Positions 1-12,058 of a stretch of 64,000 nt of DNA are shown piece after piece. The stretch spans positions 1,860,001-1,924,000 of the forward strand of contig MU008162.1 of the NCBI GenBank assembly GCA_010909165.1, in the 5' to 3' direction. The notes under the pieces were generated by a model, which worked only from the letters and a program-made list of their open reading frames with translations, was not told the origin of the DNA and made no database searches. How positions within the stretch are numbered: the first letter of the stretch is position 1; every line of letters starts with the position of its first letter. Origin of the DNA: Anthoceros angustus (lineage: Eukaryota > Plantae > Anthocerotophyta). Position numbers and translations under genes: made by a program.

Positions 1-809
1 CAGTGTTATTATTGCAAGTGGACACCCTAACACATTCACGCACATATTCGGACCAAGTGTAAGTACCTAAGTTTAAGGTCCTTCAATATGTACATACCTT
101 AAAGTGATACATGTCTTCAAATTTTATAAAATGCTCAAAAGGTCTGAATATGTTAGTATGAGTTTCTCTTTCTTCATATTGTGAGGATAAAATGTTTTAA
201 TTTTAAAGCTATAAAATAGTTTTATAGAGCCACAATGTTTCAATTTAATTAGTGGTATATATTAGGATCTTAGTGGTATATATATGAATATTATATTATT
301 CTAGAACTAAATATATTTTATTTAAATAGAACAGATGAACCCGGCTATTCTAGGAAACCCAGCCAAAGAAGGCTTGCTTTTTCCTACAAACAAATTGTAA
401 GCCATGTGCTTACAATTCTTGTAGACATGTCGGTAGTTTCTGATGAGATGCAAACAAGATATGTAACCAATAGGGAGTTTCTATGACATGTAGGTAGTTT
501 GTGTTAACAACAAAGCTCCGCCATCTTAATCATGCCAAACAATGTACACATACATGGTGGTATTGGTGGATGATGATGATGATGATAATGATGATGATAA
601 TGATAATAATAATAACTGGTTTAATTATTTCATTAATATGCTAACATGAAAAAACAGGTTAAAGAAAACTCTGGAGGGCACTCAATGGTACGTCCTAGTT
701 GATTAATTAATTAGATATCCAGGGAAAAACAGTTTAGAGAAAACCCTATAAGACACCAAATGGTACGTCAATGGGCAGTGGGTCAGGGAGGCGAATTCGA
801 GGGGCCAAT

Positions 810-864
810 AATTCCGTCCTTGTGGACTTAAATGAAATTCTTCTTCTTCTTCTTCTTCTTCTTC
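810..864 (+). mobile_element. 3' end fragment of a dispersed microsatellite-tailed element, (TTC)n tail
   Basis: ccgtccttgtggacttaaatgaaa(ttc)9 matches ccgtcttagtggactaaaataaaattcttc at ~31366-31400 and the reverse-strand copy at ~55440-55480. Confidence 0.6.
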
Positions 865-892
865 AATATACATACGCCTGGACAGGATATCG

Positions 893-1602
893 GTGTCCCA
901 AATCCAACGTCGGAGAAGCTGCTGCAAACTCGCTTGGTTAGACATTAGTTTGTGCGAGATGTTGATCCCATGGACAAGGACCTATCACTTCAGACTTGTA
1001 CGGGGACCACGAGCAAGACTCGAGGCTATCCTACGCACTTGTGATAAGCGTGACGAGCAATTGAATCGGGGCATCCGACTAGCGCGGCGAGTATTATCAA
1101 TGTTTTTAAGGGTAGAGGACTCCATGGCACGCTCACGCTTATCGGCGCACCAACGGTAAGTACCTAAGTTTAAGTATCTTCAAGATGTATGTACATATAT
1201 GTCTACATTGTTTGTAGCAAGCACGGAGGACTGCTCATGCCCTAGTGTAGCTAGTTCTGCGTGTCAGAACGATGATTTAGATCGTTAGCACCAGCTTTAA
1301 TCCTCAGCTGGGAATCGCAATGTGCTTTCAAACGGCATTGGCACGACTCCTGCCCTTGCAATCGCAGATTCTTGAAGAAACTGCGGAAAGATCTTGAGTT
1401 GACGAAAAAGAGAATAGACTTCCTTCTGAACATGCGAGATGCGGTTGGAGCAATTCAAAGTGCAGCTCAGGAGTTACAAAGGCGGATAGCTGACAACCCA
1501 TTCCAGGATGCTGCTCTCATCGTTAGGCGTAGCATCTGGTTGTCATTTATGTGCGAAGCTGTCTGCGAGCTGGACACTCGTGAAAGCTTCGGGGGTTGCT
1601 AA
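893..1602 (+). pseudogene. Possible two-exon fragment of an unidentified gene
   Basis: Two non-repetitive ORFs (893-1159, 1372-1602) are separated by a gtaagt donor at 1156. No family recognised. Confidence 0.25.
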
Positions 1603-3309
1603 AATATTGATGTGTTTAAGGTACGGCGGCAGGTATGAACTGTGATGCACAAGCATGTTCAGCCAATTGTTTGAATCGTTGTTCGTCAGGCCCAAGGACA
1701 ACTCCCGTGCAACGATCTCATTGAGTCGTGACAATTGATAGAGACAAAATATGCCAAGGCGCTGCAGCTAGCATTGATGTATTAGGGTAGAAGACGCACA
1801 ATTGATATTATGGCCAGTGAGGACAAAATGTGGACTCCTTCCGTCATTCCATGGACGCTGAGCTGAAGAAGGCAACGTTCAGAGCTGAACGTTGAGGGCA
1901 AGGTTCAGGCAGAGCTGAAGAAGGCAACGTTCTGACCTTGTGGTGATGTCATATTCCTCTCAGCATGAGGTTTGCAAATTCTTGCCGGAACGGAATGCAT
2001 GTGATATTACTCTCAGCATGAGCTAGGGTTACAGATTCTTGTCTGACTGGGAATGGAGACATGAAGCTATGGGTGTCGACTCCTAAGGGTTCTGCTGTCG
2101 TTCCAGGTGCAGGCAAGGTTGGTCCAAATGTGGTGTCTACAGAACTTTGCAACATGCTCGTCCTTGTTGAACAGCTTCAAATAAACGAATCTCTCTGAAT
2201 GTTTGTGAATGTCAGGAGCTGTGGATGTTTAGGAATAGACAGCTTCTTGGATATTAACGCTTTGACCTCGTAGTGCTTTGTAATGCCTTTTCTATTGATG
2301 ACGGTAAAACAGATCAGGCAACTAATCCTGGTCTATATCAGGCTGGTTGTTAGTAGGATTGTTCTTAATCCTTGCTTGTTCAAAACCAAAATAGCAAAAC
2401 ACTGGCAATAAAGCCAAAGAAGGCATGCTTTTTCGTACAAACGCATTGGGCTGGCTGCTTCAGCAGATGGCTCACAATGCAACCAACGCACACCTGTTGC
2501 TGCGGGGAGCCGTTCTCAGATCCCTCCTCATGACCAAATGTTTCCATCCCTCGGGTTGTTGCAGTGTGAAGCTTAGAGCGTGCTCGAAAGGTGTTCGACC
2601 GGTTAGCCTCGACAGAGAACGTGGTGACATGGAATGCTCTGCTAAATGGCTAAGCCAGCATAGCAACAGCACAACCTGCTTGATGTCCTGGGTCGGGCAG
2701 GCCCCCTCGAAAGCATGCTGGAAACTTTGCCGTTTGAGAACAATGTGGTGGGATGGACGTCAGCTGACGCAGCAAGGAACGGTGCACCTGGTGCACCCCA
2801 GTCGGCGTAACACTCCAGGGACTGGTCCTCAATTCCTCCTTAGTGCCTTTTCCTATGGCTGGCATCCCACAGCCAGGTTCCAAAGTACTTAATACAGGCT
2901 TTCAATACTCTTCGTGATGGCATCCTGATCTGGGATGAACCTATGAGTGATGCCTGCCAGGAGACACTAAACAGTCAGGTTGGACAGTGCACCGTGAAGG
3001 GTTATTTGCCCAACGCCCCGATCACAAGCCCTCAGTGGGGACGGAAGAAGTTCCGGATGATGAGCAGGAGGAACCCAACCCTATGGCGAGTGCCCTTGCA
3101 GATGCTGGTCGCAAAAGCAAGAAGGAGGTCACCTTCCGAGAACTACCTGAGCCGTCATGACTACATGAAGAACCGGCAAAATAAGCTCTCCTCCAGCTGA
3201 GCACCCTGAGGAGGGTATGATTCTGAGAAGATGCCTCCAGTGGAACTACACTTATTTTGTTTGCCCAACTTTCGGCAGGGAGGCTGTTCTCGGTGGTAGA
3301 ATCATATTA

Positions 3310-4510
3310 GTGATAGCATGCTGAGCTTCGACTTCAGCAGGATGGGAATGAAGGATACGACAGAGAGAGCACCAACCAAGGTATATCTCCTCCCCATTTG
3401 GGGCATGTTCCATCCCCAAAGGACAATACTCAGGTGCCTCGACATTGACAATCCCCTGATTGAGATCCTGACGCCTTTCTGTCGCTAGGTGACAGGAGTC
3501 ACAAAAGTGAACAGTTCCAAAGCAAAACTAAGTGGGCCACGGTGCAGCAATATTTGCACTTGAATTCCATGTAAGCAGTGCCATGGCCTGGTACAGTACA
3601 TATTCCATGGCCAGCTGCGGCAGCATAACGGCGGCCACACATAAACTCGCAGGGATCATAACCGCGTTCCCTGCACGATCAAGCATGATTGTACAAGCTC
3701 GCAAACAACTCTCGAAGGTCTTGAATCAATCAACAAGAGAAAATGACGTCCTTTGCCCAGCCCTTACTGTTCGTTTCTCGCTCGCGGTTGCGAATCCCAC
3801 CAAAATATGGCTCGTTGCACTCAAAGCACAAATAATACTGACACTTCCTCATGGCAGCTATCACCAACTCCTCGGTTACTTCTAGCTTTGCCTTGTTTAC
3901 CTTCCGAGTGGAAGGCTTTGATGAAGCCTCCATGTGGAAGCGCTCTTCTTCCATCTGCTCCATCCGGAGCTGCTCCTTTACCGTGTGCCTAACCTGCACA
4001 GCCAAATGTCTCAACGGACATGCTGCAACATTGATTGCTCTTTGTTGAGTTATTCGACGAAGCATGAATTGCTGATTAAACGTATGACATGAATGTCTTG
4101 GTGAAGCAATACCCCGTTCATATTATGGAAAGCGATCCTCACTCGAGGTAACGGACGCTGATTTCGGGGCCTGGAAACCCTCATCAAAGTGCACCATATG
4201 CCCACAGGTCAGTGAAGATCTTCTGACCAGCACATGGATTTGAGTGACAGCAATCCTGCGGAAAGTAGGAAAGGGTGTCACATCAGTTGCCCGACATGCC
4301 AAAGCATTCTCACCACCGTGAAGGAAAAGAGTGCAGAAATGAGATCGGGGTTAGCAAAATCATCTTTAGACAGGGAAGGCAAGTACGATCGTGTCGAACT
4401 CCTCCACAGCGATGCCCACATTTCAAAGTCCGCAAATACGTAAGCCTGCGCAGCTTCCTACGGTCCAACTCCAAGCAAACAGCAGAAGCAATATTCAACA
4501 CCTGCACAAA
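3310..4510 (-). pseudogene. Decayed C-terminus of a MYCBP2/Highwire/RPM-1 (PHR)-like E3 ligase: B-box, RING remnant, tandem-cysteine domain
   Basis: Minus-strand translation gives motifs collinear with MYCBP2: [103 protein letters not shown]. Several frameshifts; one GT-AG intron at 3671-3767. Confidence 0.85.
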
Positions 4511-5067
4511 GTCTCTTATTATTCCCGCACCAGGAAAGATCCATGAACTTGCCAGTCATGATGACAAGCTCGCCCCTTATCTGTTCTTCAGACATGGACT
4601 TCAATTTTCTGAGCCTCTGACTCTCAGCACTGGAAGAACGAACAATTCTTTCACAGAAAATGCACTTGATCGCTGATATCTCCTCCTCATACTGCTCGCC
4701 AATTTCCGGAAGCCTCTCATCACATAACTTCTCGACTTCTGATGATCTGGAGCTTGCCCTTTATGTTGCGAGAAACTGCTGAAGCGAACACATTCTACTT
4801 TGAGTCTTCTATTTGCAGCTTACCCCTTGAAATGCTTCCGAAAACATTTTGATACAGATTGTGATGACACTAACCTTCCCATTCCTCAATTCGTAAGCAG
4901 AGAAGTTTTGAAACCAGAAATGCTTCTAAAACCAACGATGCTTCCAGTACCGAGGAGCGCTGAGTCACACAATCAATTGCAGACGAAAAGAAATCTGCAG
5001 GGAGTGCTTAAGAAGTTTAGATGATCCGGAGTTCTACACGGCTTGGGAGGATCGACCTGTGACGGAA

Positions 5068-5142
5068 CATCTTGCATTGCCACATGTGAGCCATCTTACA
5101 TTGCCACATGTGAGCCATCTTGCATTGCCACATGTGAGCCAT
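5068..5142. repeat. 24-bp tandem repeat x3
   Basis: Unit catcttgcattgccacatgtgagc, three near-identical copies. Confidence 0.95.
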
Positions 5143-5299
5143 GTCGTTTAGTCTACCTGTTTTCAGACTTCGTACATAGGTATGTAGCGTGCTGTCAACA
5201 ATTTGGATATTTTCTCCTTGGGAATGAGCTCTGTCTTGTCCCACTCGGGACGTAAGCGCTGAAAACCTGGAACGACAGTTGCGTAAGGATGGCTACATC

Positions 5300-5990
5300 A
5301 CATCCACTACAATAATGCTGAGTCGTGGAAAGTACTCATGCTCTGGCTTCGGACGACTGCCAAAATTCATCTGACTATCCGCAGTCCTAATTGCAGTTGG
5401 CATGCAGGTAATGAAGCTATGAGACGTTTGAACTTCGACGACCCCTACAGTCTGTGCCGTGCTCTTTCTGGAAAGTTCCTCGGCAAATTTCCGTTAATTC
5501 AAGACTAAATCCACCCAGGAGGAAGAAGGTTCCAGATCATCAAAAGTCGAGAAGCTTGAATTTGACGACCAATTGTCCATCCTCTTCATATCTTTTATCG
5601 AGCGCCGTGGCTAACATCCGGCATCCTTTTGCACATATTTAGTGCCGACATCCACGGATTCTGCAGTCCTCAAACTTCCTTTCTGCGACTCGTAGGCCAT
5701 GGATGCAGGTTGTCCATTCTCTCCTACAAATCCATATCTCCCCATTGTGATTAACAAGTTCGTAAAACAGTTTTGAGCATCGTCCCTGCTGCCATGCTTC
5801 ATACACGACTTCCACCTTCCAACTTCAAACACAGAAATCACGCTCACTGGCCAACGTGAGAGGAGCATGATGCACCTGCTGCCTAGACTGTTCGCTGCCA
5901 GAAACATATGGTTGTGTAATGTCTGGCCGATTCCGATAATGCTATCATCTGACCTGACCGCCATGGTCAGGCAGTTTGTGGTTACGTGAA
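5300..5990 (-). pseudogene. Possible upstream remnants (RCC1-like / DOC-like) of the same PHR-like gene
   Basis: Weak motifs only: LTMAVRSDDSIIGIG, HNGEIW, GENGQ (RCC1-like) and DEFWQSSE (DOC-like). Same strand, upstream of the RING/TC region. Confidence 0.3.
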
Positions 5991-6334
5991 CCACCCTAAT
6001 ACCATGGGCAGTATTTTCCCAGTAGGAAGGGCTTCATGTTTCACACAGAATCTTGAGGCCCTTCCTCTCTACAGTGCAGTAGTGGGAACTCGCCAGATGT
6101 GGCAGCTTAGCATGGACGAAAGCAAACTTCGAAATGTAGCCCCTGGAAGTGGGTCCTCAGGAAGCCCTTGTCCTGTGTGCAAGTGTTGGTATCCCGAATT
6201 TGGACAATGGCAGGAAGCTCCCTGTGCAGATTAGAGATCAAGGGTTCATGTCAGATGCCAACAGTTCGATAGTCAAGTGTATGTGACGTGCGGCGTGGCA
6301 GCCTATAGTATGCTTAAAGCATGTGTGCAGCAGA

Positions 6335-6650
6335 ATCTGAAGAAGAAGAAGTCTTTTATAGTCTGCTTGGATGGAATTTTCCTATCATAGCCCTTGGTAC
6401 TTCACCACTTGTACCATGGTGTGCCTAAGCTGCTAAGTTGGCTACACCAAAGGGCATCCACTCCCTCTAGGCACCCCATGTAAGTACAGATCCAAGCGCA
6501 GGACATGTAAGTACCCATCGAAGCGCAGGACATGTAAGTACCGATCGAAGAGCGGGACATGAAAGAACCGATCGAAGCGCAGGACATGTAAGTACCGATC
6601 GAAGCGCAGGACATCTAATTACCGATCGAAGCCGATCAGTAATTACCATT
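6335..6650 (-). mobile_element. Copy of the microsatellite-tailed dispersed element, with an internal minisatellite expansion
   Basis: (gaa)n tail followed by cttgtaccatggtgtgcctaagct...ccaaagggcatccactccctctaggcacccc, homologous to 55440-55575 and to the reverse complement of 31270-31400. Confidence 0.7.
6477..6632. repeat. 27-bp minisatellite, ~5.7 copies
   Basis: Consensus catgtaagtaccgatcgaagcgcagga. Confidence 0.95.
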
Positions 6651-9099
6651 CAAAGACCATATGTTTGCTGAAGCGGTGGCAAACGAGGGGTGGCCATGGC
6701 CTTCACCAACCATGTGTTTATCTGACCTTAACTTCAGTGATTACCAATCAAAGGGCTATTACCATTCAAAGGCATGTGCCATAGGTGGTCTGACTCGTCT
6801 TGCCGAAGCTGTGTGGCCCGTCGCTACAGCTCATCCTCGATTGTTGTTTCAGCTGTGAATCTTCAAGCTGGCCATCTTCAACGGCAGCAACAAATAGTGA
6901 TAATGCCTCTTCTTTCATTAGCGACCGCTAAGGTCGTACTCGCTCGTGTCCCCTCGCCTTTGATGACACACAGACGGGACTCACCTACAGAGTGGAACGG
7001 CCGTTCCACAGTGAAAGAGTTGGCGTGACATCTGATGCCGATGTTTTCGATAAAGTGGAAGCAACGCATTTTACCAACCCATGGTACATTGGCAAAGCCC
7101 AAAATGGGCACTCCAAACGTTGAAGCATGTTTATGTGGATCTGCTCCATGTAAATCTTGGCGTTGCAGTAAGGTCTGACTGTTACTTGCGACAAAGGAAC
7201 AGAGCCAAGCCTCCACTGATGAAATTTCAACCCCTGTGAGTACTGCACCCTTGAACTACATGCTTTCCAAATGTTCAGGAGCATGCAGTGGCAGCGTACA
7301 CGTAACGTCCATCACATATGTACCCAAAAATGCCGACATTAGTAGCTACCTTCCTTACATACAGCCTTGTGAACTCCGTCCATACCTTCGGTGAACAATT
7401 CCCTCACCTTGGCCACCTTACAGAACTTCCCAGGTGCACCAAGCCCTATGTCACACCCGCCATCGGCTCCACACACTTCACCAGCTCGTCTACCAGTTTC
7501 ATGCACCCTGAAGCCTCTCCGATATCCCATCCCATCGGTTGGTCTTGAAGCTGGATTCACTTCCGCACATTCTGCCTGTGTTCAAAGATTCTTGACAGCC
7601 GCTGCTCGGTGCTCACACAGAAAGCCTTTGTGCCGACCGGTTTGTCTGCTTCGAACACTGTCACAACGTCCATCGCTGAGGCCTTATGGCAACAGCGACC
7701 AACAGCGACCACGCGGCACGCATTCGGATTGCCCCGGCACCGGCTGAGCAAAACCAAAACCGGACATCCCGTGATGATGGAGACAGCAAACACCACTCCT
7801 TCCCGACTTATCTCAATCAGCTCAGCCTCACATCTGTGCACATTATCCCGCTTTCTTAGTGGAAGCAGGCGGCCTCCAAGATCCAAGAAACAAACAAAGT
7901 GCCATTTCCCATCCCTACGAAAAAAAACGAAGTGCTATTCCTGTGAAGCAGATCACTTTCGTTTTCTTCCCCTCGCACCGAGGACGTATTTCTCATATGA
8001 TCTGCCCGCACAACACTACACAAGCAGCAGATCGGAGATAACAAAAGCTAGATCCAGGAATCTCGTACGCCTCCAAGTAGGCCGTGTTCCTTGTTTCGAT
8101 AGCATTCCAACATTCCATATTTTATGCGTATGCGAAAAGCTCAATACGTAAAAAGATTCTTGCCTTGCAGGCAGGGAGCAAAAAAAGTTGCCTACCTCCA
8201 GGTCCACCACGGGATTTCCTCTCCACAGCGCCATGCCCTGGGGCTAGGAGGCTCGCTCAAAGAGTTTATTACAGTCGAGAATGGAAAGATGCGCGGTGCC
8301 GGCTCGCCCGCCCCTGGATCAAATCTAAGCAGTCCGAGAAAAACCTCCAACAAGTTGCCCTCGCCTGCTCGTTTGCTGTGGTGGCCTTCTCGCAGACGTG
8401 CGAAGAAGCGGGACGCCCGGCCCCAGCTCCCGGCTCCCAGCTTCCAGCCCCGCGCGTTTTCTTCATGCAACAAGAGACGCAGAACCGGGGCAGGCTGTGC
8501 CCGAGGCGGGTCCCCGCGAATGCCTGTGAGCTCAGCGCCCACGCGCTCGCCCACGGGCGTCCCGACCCCACGCCCCGCCGATGTCCTCTACGATTCATCC
8601 CGAAACAGTGAAAAGGGGTGTCACATACACATCATATGGATGGCGGCCTATCACATTGGCCGGATGGTGTGCATGCCCTGGTGCAAGCAGCAAAGTTGTC
8701 AAATATGACAGGAAAATTTAGTCCACGTGGATTATAATGCACTTTCATTCCTCTACAAATTAATAATCTCGCACAAGGGAATTCGACGTGTCCCAAGTTT
8801 AATAGTCTCATAGTCTCGCACAAGGGAATCCGACGTGTCATATATACATACAGTATGTATATATGTACATATGTACATAAGGCCAAGGCGCGTTAGTGCG
8901 TTAACGAGGCCTGTACGAAACAGGGAACAGGCCTCGTTAGCAGCACGTGGGCGTCAGGAGCCCGGAAGGCCCCTGGCGTGTCCTAATGCCCCCATCCTTG
9001 GGGCCGCCCTGGCGTGTCCGGGTTTTTTTTAGGCCCGGTTATCGAATATGCCGGATTGGGGGTGATAAGCGCGGTTGCTTATCGCGCTAACCGGGGAGT

Positions 9100-9290
9100 C
9101 AAAGCCCGGGCCGGGCTCGGGCATGGGCCTGGGCCTGGGCCTGGGCCTGGGCTGCCGGCGAATAGCGCGCACCTGGGCGGGCCCCGCCAGGGCGCAGCCG
9201 GAAGCGGCTCTCGGGGGGCTTGGAGGTGAAACGGGGCTGGGCTTTTTAGAGGCCGGGAGAGGGGAAGGCGATGGAAGGCGGTATAAGTGG
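9100..9290 (+). promoter_or_regulatory. GC-rich proximal promoter with tandem site-II-like (TGGGCC) motifs and a TATA-like motif
   Basis: (tgggcc)4 at ~9123-9150 and tataa at ~9281, upstream of the Myb/SANT ORF. Function is inferred. Confidence 0.4.
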
Positions 9291-9875
9291 CTGGCACCGC
9301 GAGACGTCTCGCGGGGAGACGGAAAAACTAAGTTAACGCGGAGCGCGAGCTGTGCCGCGGCAGCAGGCAGGCCAGGCAGGGGCCGAGCGGCCATGGCCGC
9401 CCCGGCCGGGCCAGTCCTGTGCCGCCTCCTTCCGGCCTCGCTCGCGCCCGCCGCTGCTGCTGGCTATGGCGGCGCCGGGTGTGGTTCTCGCAGGCGGAGG
9501 CCGCCGCTGTGGCCGCTGTGACGCAGGGGTATGGATTCAGCGGATTTGAGGTGAGTGCGGGGTTCGGGGACGGGAGCTATGGCGTGAGCCTGGGAGTCAG
9601 GGGTGGAGGTGGAGGTGGAGGAGGAGGGGAGGAGGAGGGAATGTTTGAGCCAATGCAGTACCATGCGGGAGGGGAGTGGCTGGGAGTGGTAGGGAAGGGA
9701 GGCGGTGGAGGAGGAGGTGGTGAGGAAGGGAGGTTTGGGAGGAGGAGGAAGGGAGCAGGAGCGAGGAGGCAGGAGTGAGGAGGCAGGAGCGAGGGAGGAA
9801 GAGGCAGGGAAGAAGCGGGAGGGGAAGAAGGGAGGAAGGGAGGAGGAGGAGGACGGAGGAAGAAGCGGCGGGGAG

Positions 9876-10622
9876 ATGGAGTCGCCGGTGCCGTGGACGG
9901 AGGACATGGTGAGGTTCTTGTTCGAGACGTATGACGATGTGCATCGGAGGCTGTGGATCGAGAGCCGGGGGAAGGTGAAGAACCAGAAGAAGTGGGATCC
10001 GATTATCAAGACGATGCAGGAGAAGTTCGGGAGGGACTTCACCAAGAACCAGTGCGAGAGCAAGTACTGGAAGGTGCGGCGGGAGTGCGCCAGGTTCAAG
10101 AGCCGGAGCGAGAAGCGGGCCTTGACGGAGCCGGTTGGGAAGATTGGCAAGTTGGGGAGGGATTTGATGAAGCCGAAGTTTTACGACGTGTGGCTGGAGG
10201 TGGCGGGGAATGATCCGGTGAAGATGCCGGAGATTGAGCTGTCGTCGGCGTCGGGGGACGAGGACGGCATGTCGCCGGGCCGCGGGTGTGAGGAGGAGGA
10301 TATGGATGGCTCCCGGACGGCGAAGCACGCTGGGAGTGGCACCGTGAAGGAGATGAGGTTGTTTCTCAGTTCGCATCAGGAGGCGTCGGAGAAGCGGGAG
10401 GAGGCTTTGAGCATACGGGCTGAGCTCACCATGGAGCTGCTGCGTGAGCACATGGATCGTATGGAGCGCCGGGGCAGCAGCATTGACGAGACGCGCAAGG
10501 CGCAGCTTTCAATGTTGGAGGGCGTGGAGAACAAACTAGACAGGCTGCTGCATGGCCTCACTGCTTTGAATGGCAACATAGGAGCCATTGTTGGCAGATT
10601 AGCTTCCCTTCCGCAACATTAG
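9876..10622 (+). CDS. Myb/SANT-like (trihelix-type) DNA-binding protein with C-terminal coiled coil, 248 aa, intronless
   Basis: WTEDMVRFL...KKWDPIIKTMQEKFGRDFTKNQCESKYWKVRREC. First in-frame ATG is at 9876 within the ORF 9705-10622. Confidence 0.8.
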   Translation: MESPVPWTEDMVRFLFETYDDVHRRLWIESRGKVKNQKKWDPIIKTMQEKFGRDFTKNQCESKYWKVRRECARFKSRSEKRALTEPVGKIGKLGRDLMKPKFYDVWLEVAGNDPVKMPEIELSSASGDEDGMSPGRGCEEEDMDGSRTAKHAGSGTVKEMRLFLSSHQEASEKREEALSIRAELTMELLREHMDRMERRGSSIDETRKAQLSMLEGVENKLDRLLHGLTALNGNIGAIVGRLASLPQH

Positions 10623-12058
10623 TTGCTGCCAACTGGAATGAATGAATATGTGAGTTCCACGTTCTAGCCGACAGTTGTTGTTAGTTGTTAATAAATGACT
10701 TGTCTGTGTAAATGGCTAGGCAATCGCTTTTTTTTGGCCTAGAGCACTTAGTGCTGTTTGTCTGTACGCACTCCTTGTTGACAGGCTTCTTGGATCTTGC
10801 TCTGCCAGGAGATGCATTTGGAAAGCCACATTATTTCATGGACTGGATGCTGCCTTGCTGCTTGAATTCCTTTCCTTAACACGCTCTGCAGGCTTGTAGG
10901 TTTGCTTCTTTTATGTTGCTTGATCCGACCCACCAGTAGGCCCCTAGCGTCTTTATGTCTCAGCTGTTTGTGGTTTGTGCCGGTCGTGTGAGTTTTGGCT
11001 GAAGTTGTTCGTGATGTTGCAGAAAGCAGCTGCGATGGAAGGAACAGAGCTAGCAGTACTGAATCCTGTATCTTGACGAAACTGCCGACATGCGCCCTTC
11101 GACATGAGCTCTGTGACCAGCTGCAAGCTTGGTCACCCAGAGGTGATTGCAGTAGTCTCACATTTTTGTCTCAGCTCTACTCTCGACCTACATCCCGTCA
11201 CTGTGACAACACTTTGTTGGCTGTAATCTCAAGCACCTGACTCACCATCGTTGTATGCAGGTGGTCATGTTTCTTTTCGGCCAGCTGGTAGAGAACGGTC
11301 AACCTCAAGGAGAGGCTCTACCAATGTCCACAGTATTTTCAGGTCCTTAAGCTTGTTCACCTCTGTGGCCTCCTCGGTCTGAAGGAAGCAGATTTAGTTG
11401 TAGTGCTGGAGGGGCATTCTTAAGGCAACCAGAATCTAGTCCCTAATGGAGGGTTCTTATATGGAGGCAAGTCTTTGTGGACCTCCTGTTCAACACCCTG
11501 GAATCTCCAAATTTATTTGTGTTGACGATGTCTAGAATCTGTAAAACTCCCGTGGAAACACTGTTAATCATTGTTGTCAAATAGTGGTGTCCAACAGTCA
11601 GCCACTATGAGAAATCCTTGGTCCATGAAGGTGCTAAAAGAGTATCTTTATGTTTGCTGCTCCAGGTAGGGACAGCCCTGAACCGCTATCAGCAGCAGCA
11701 GTTGAAGAAAAGGGGACAAATAAAAACCAAACAGGGTACTGAAATGCCTTCACAAACTGTACTCACTCTTACTGTACTGAAATGCCTTCTCAAACTGCTT
11801 TGCTGCTGGTTGCGTCCTCCCATCTTCCACAAAGGATTGGCACACTTCTTCAAGTTCACCCCACTATACTTATCTTTTCTCCATGTTTCTGCCTTTGATG
11901 CGGATGAGCAGACAAACGCGATGTGAGTGCGTGTGTGCCGTACTCATCAACGCCAGCACGAAACTGTCAGTGCCCAGAGACGGAGGTTGGGTGTGAGACG
12001 AAGCTCCCTGAGTGTCGTAGCAAGTTGATCAGGAATACTCCTGCCCTCTGATATGATG

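Noticed and set aside
2200-2335. BED-finger-like peptide (CLICFTVINRKGITKHY) on the minus strand
   Set aside because: A single short motif flanked by stops; no transposase context.
8767-8840. 26-bp direct repeat tctcgcacaagggaa(t/c)cgacgtgtc x2
   Set aside because: Only two copies and no context suggesting function.
9029-10588. Long antisense or alternative-frame ORFs (228-284 aa) over the Myb gene
   Set aside because: Explained by GC-rich, stop-poor sequence; the translations are low-complexity.
10650-12000. Harbinger transposase partner of the Myb/SANT gene
   Set aside because: No DDE motifs recognisable on either strand.
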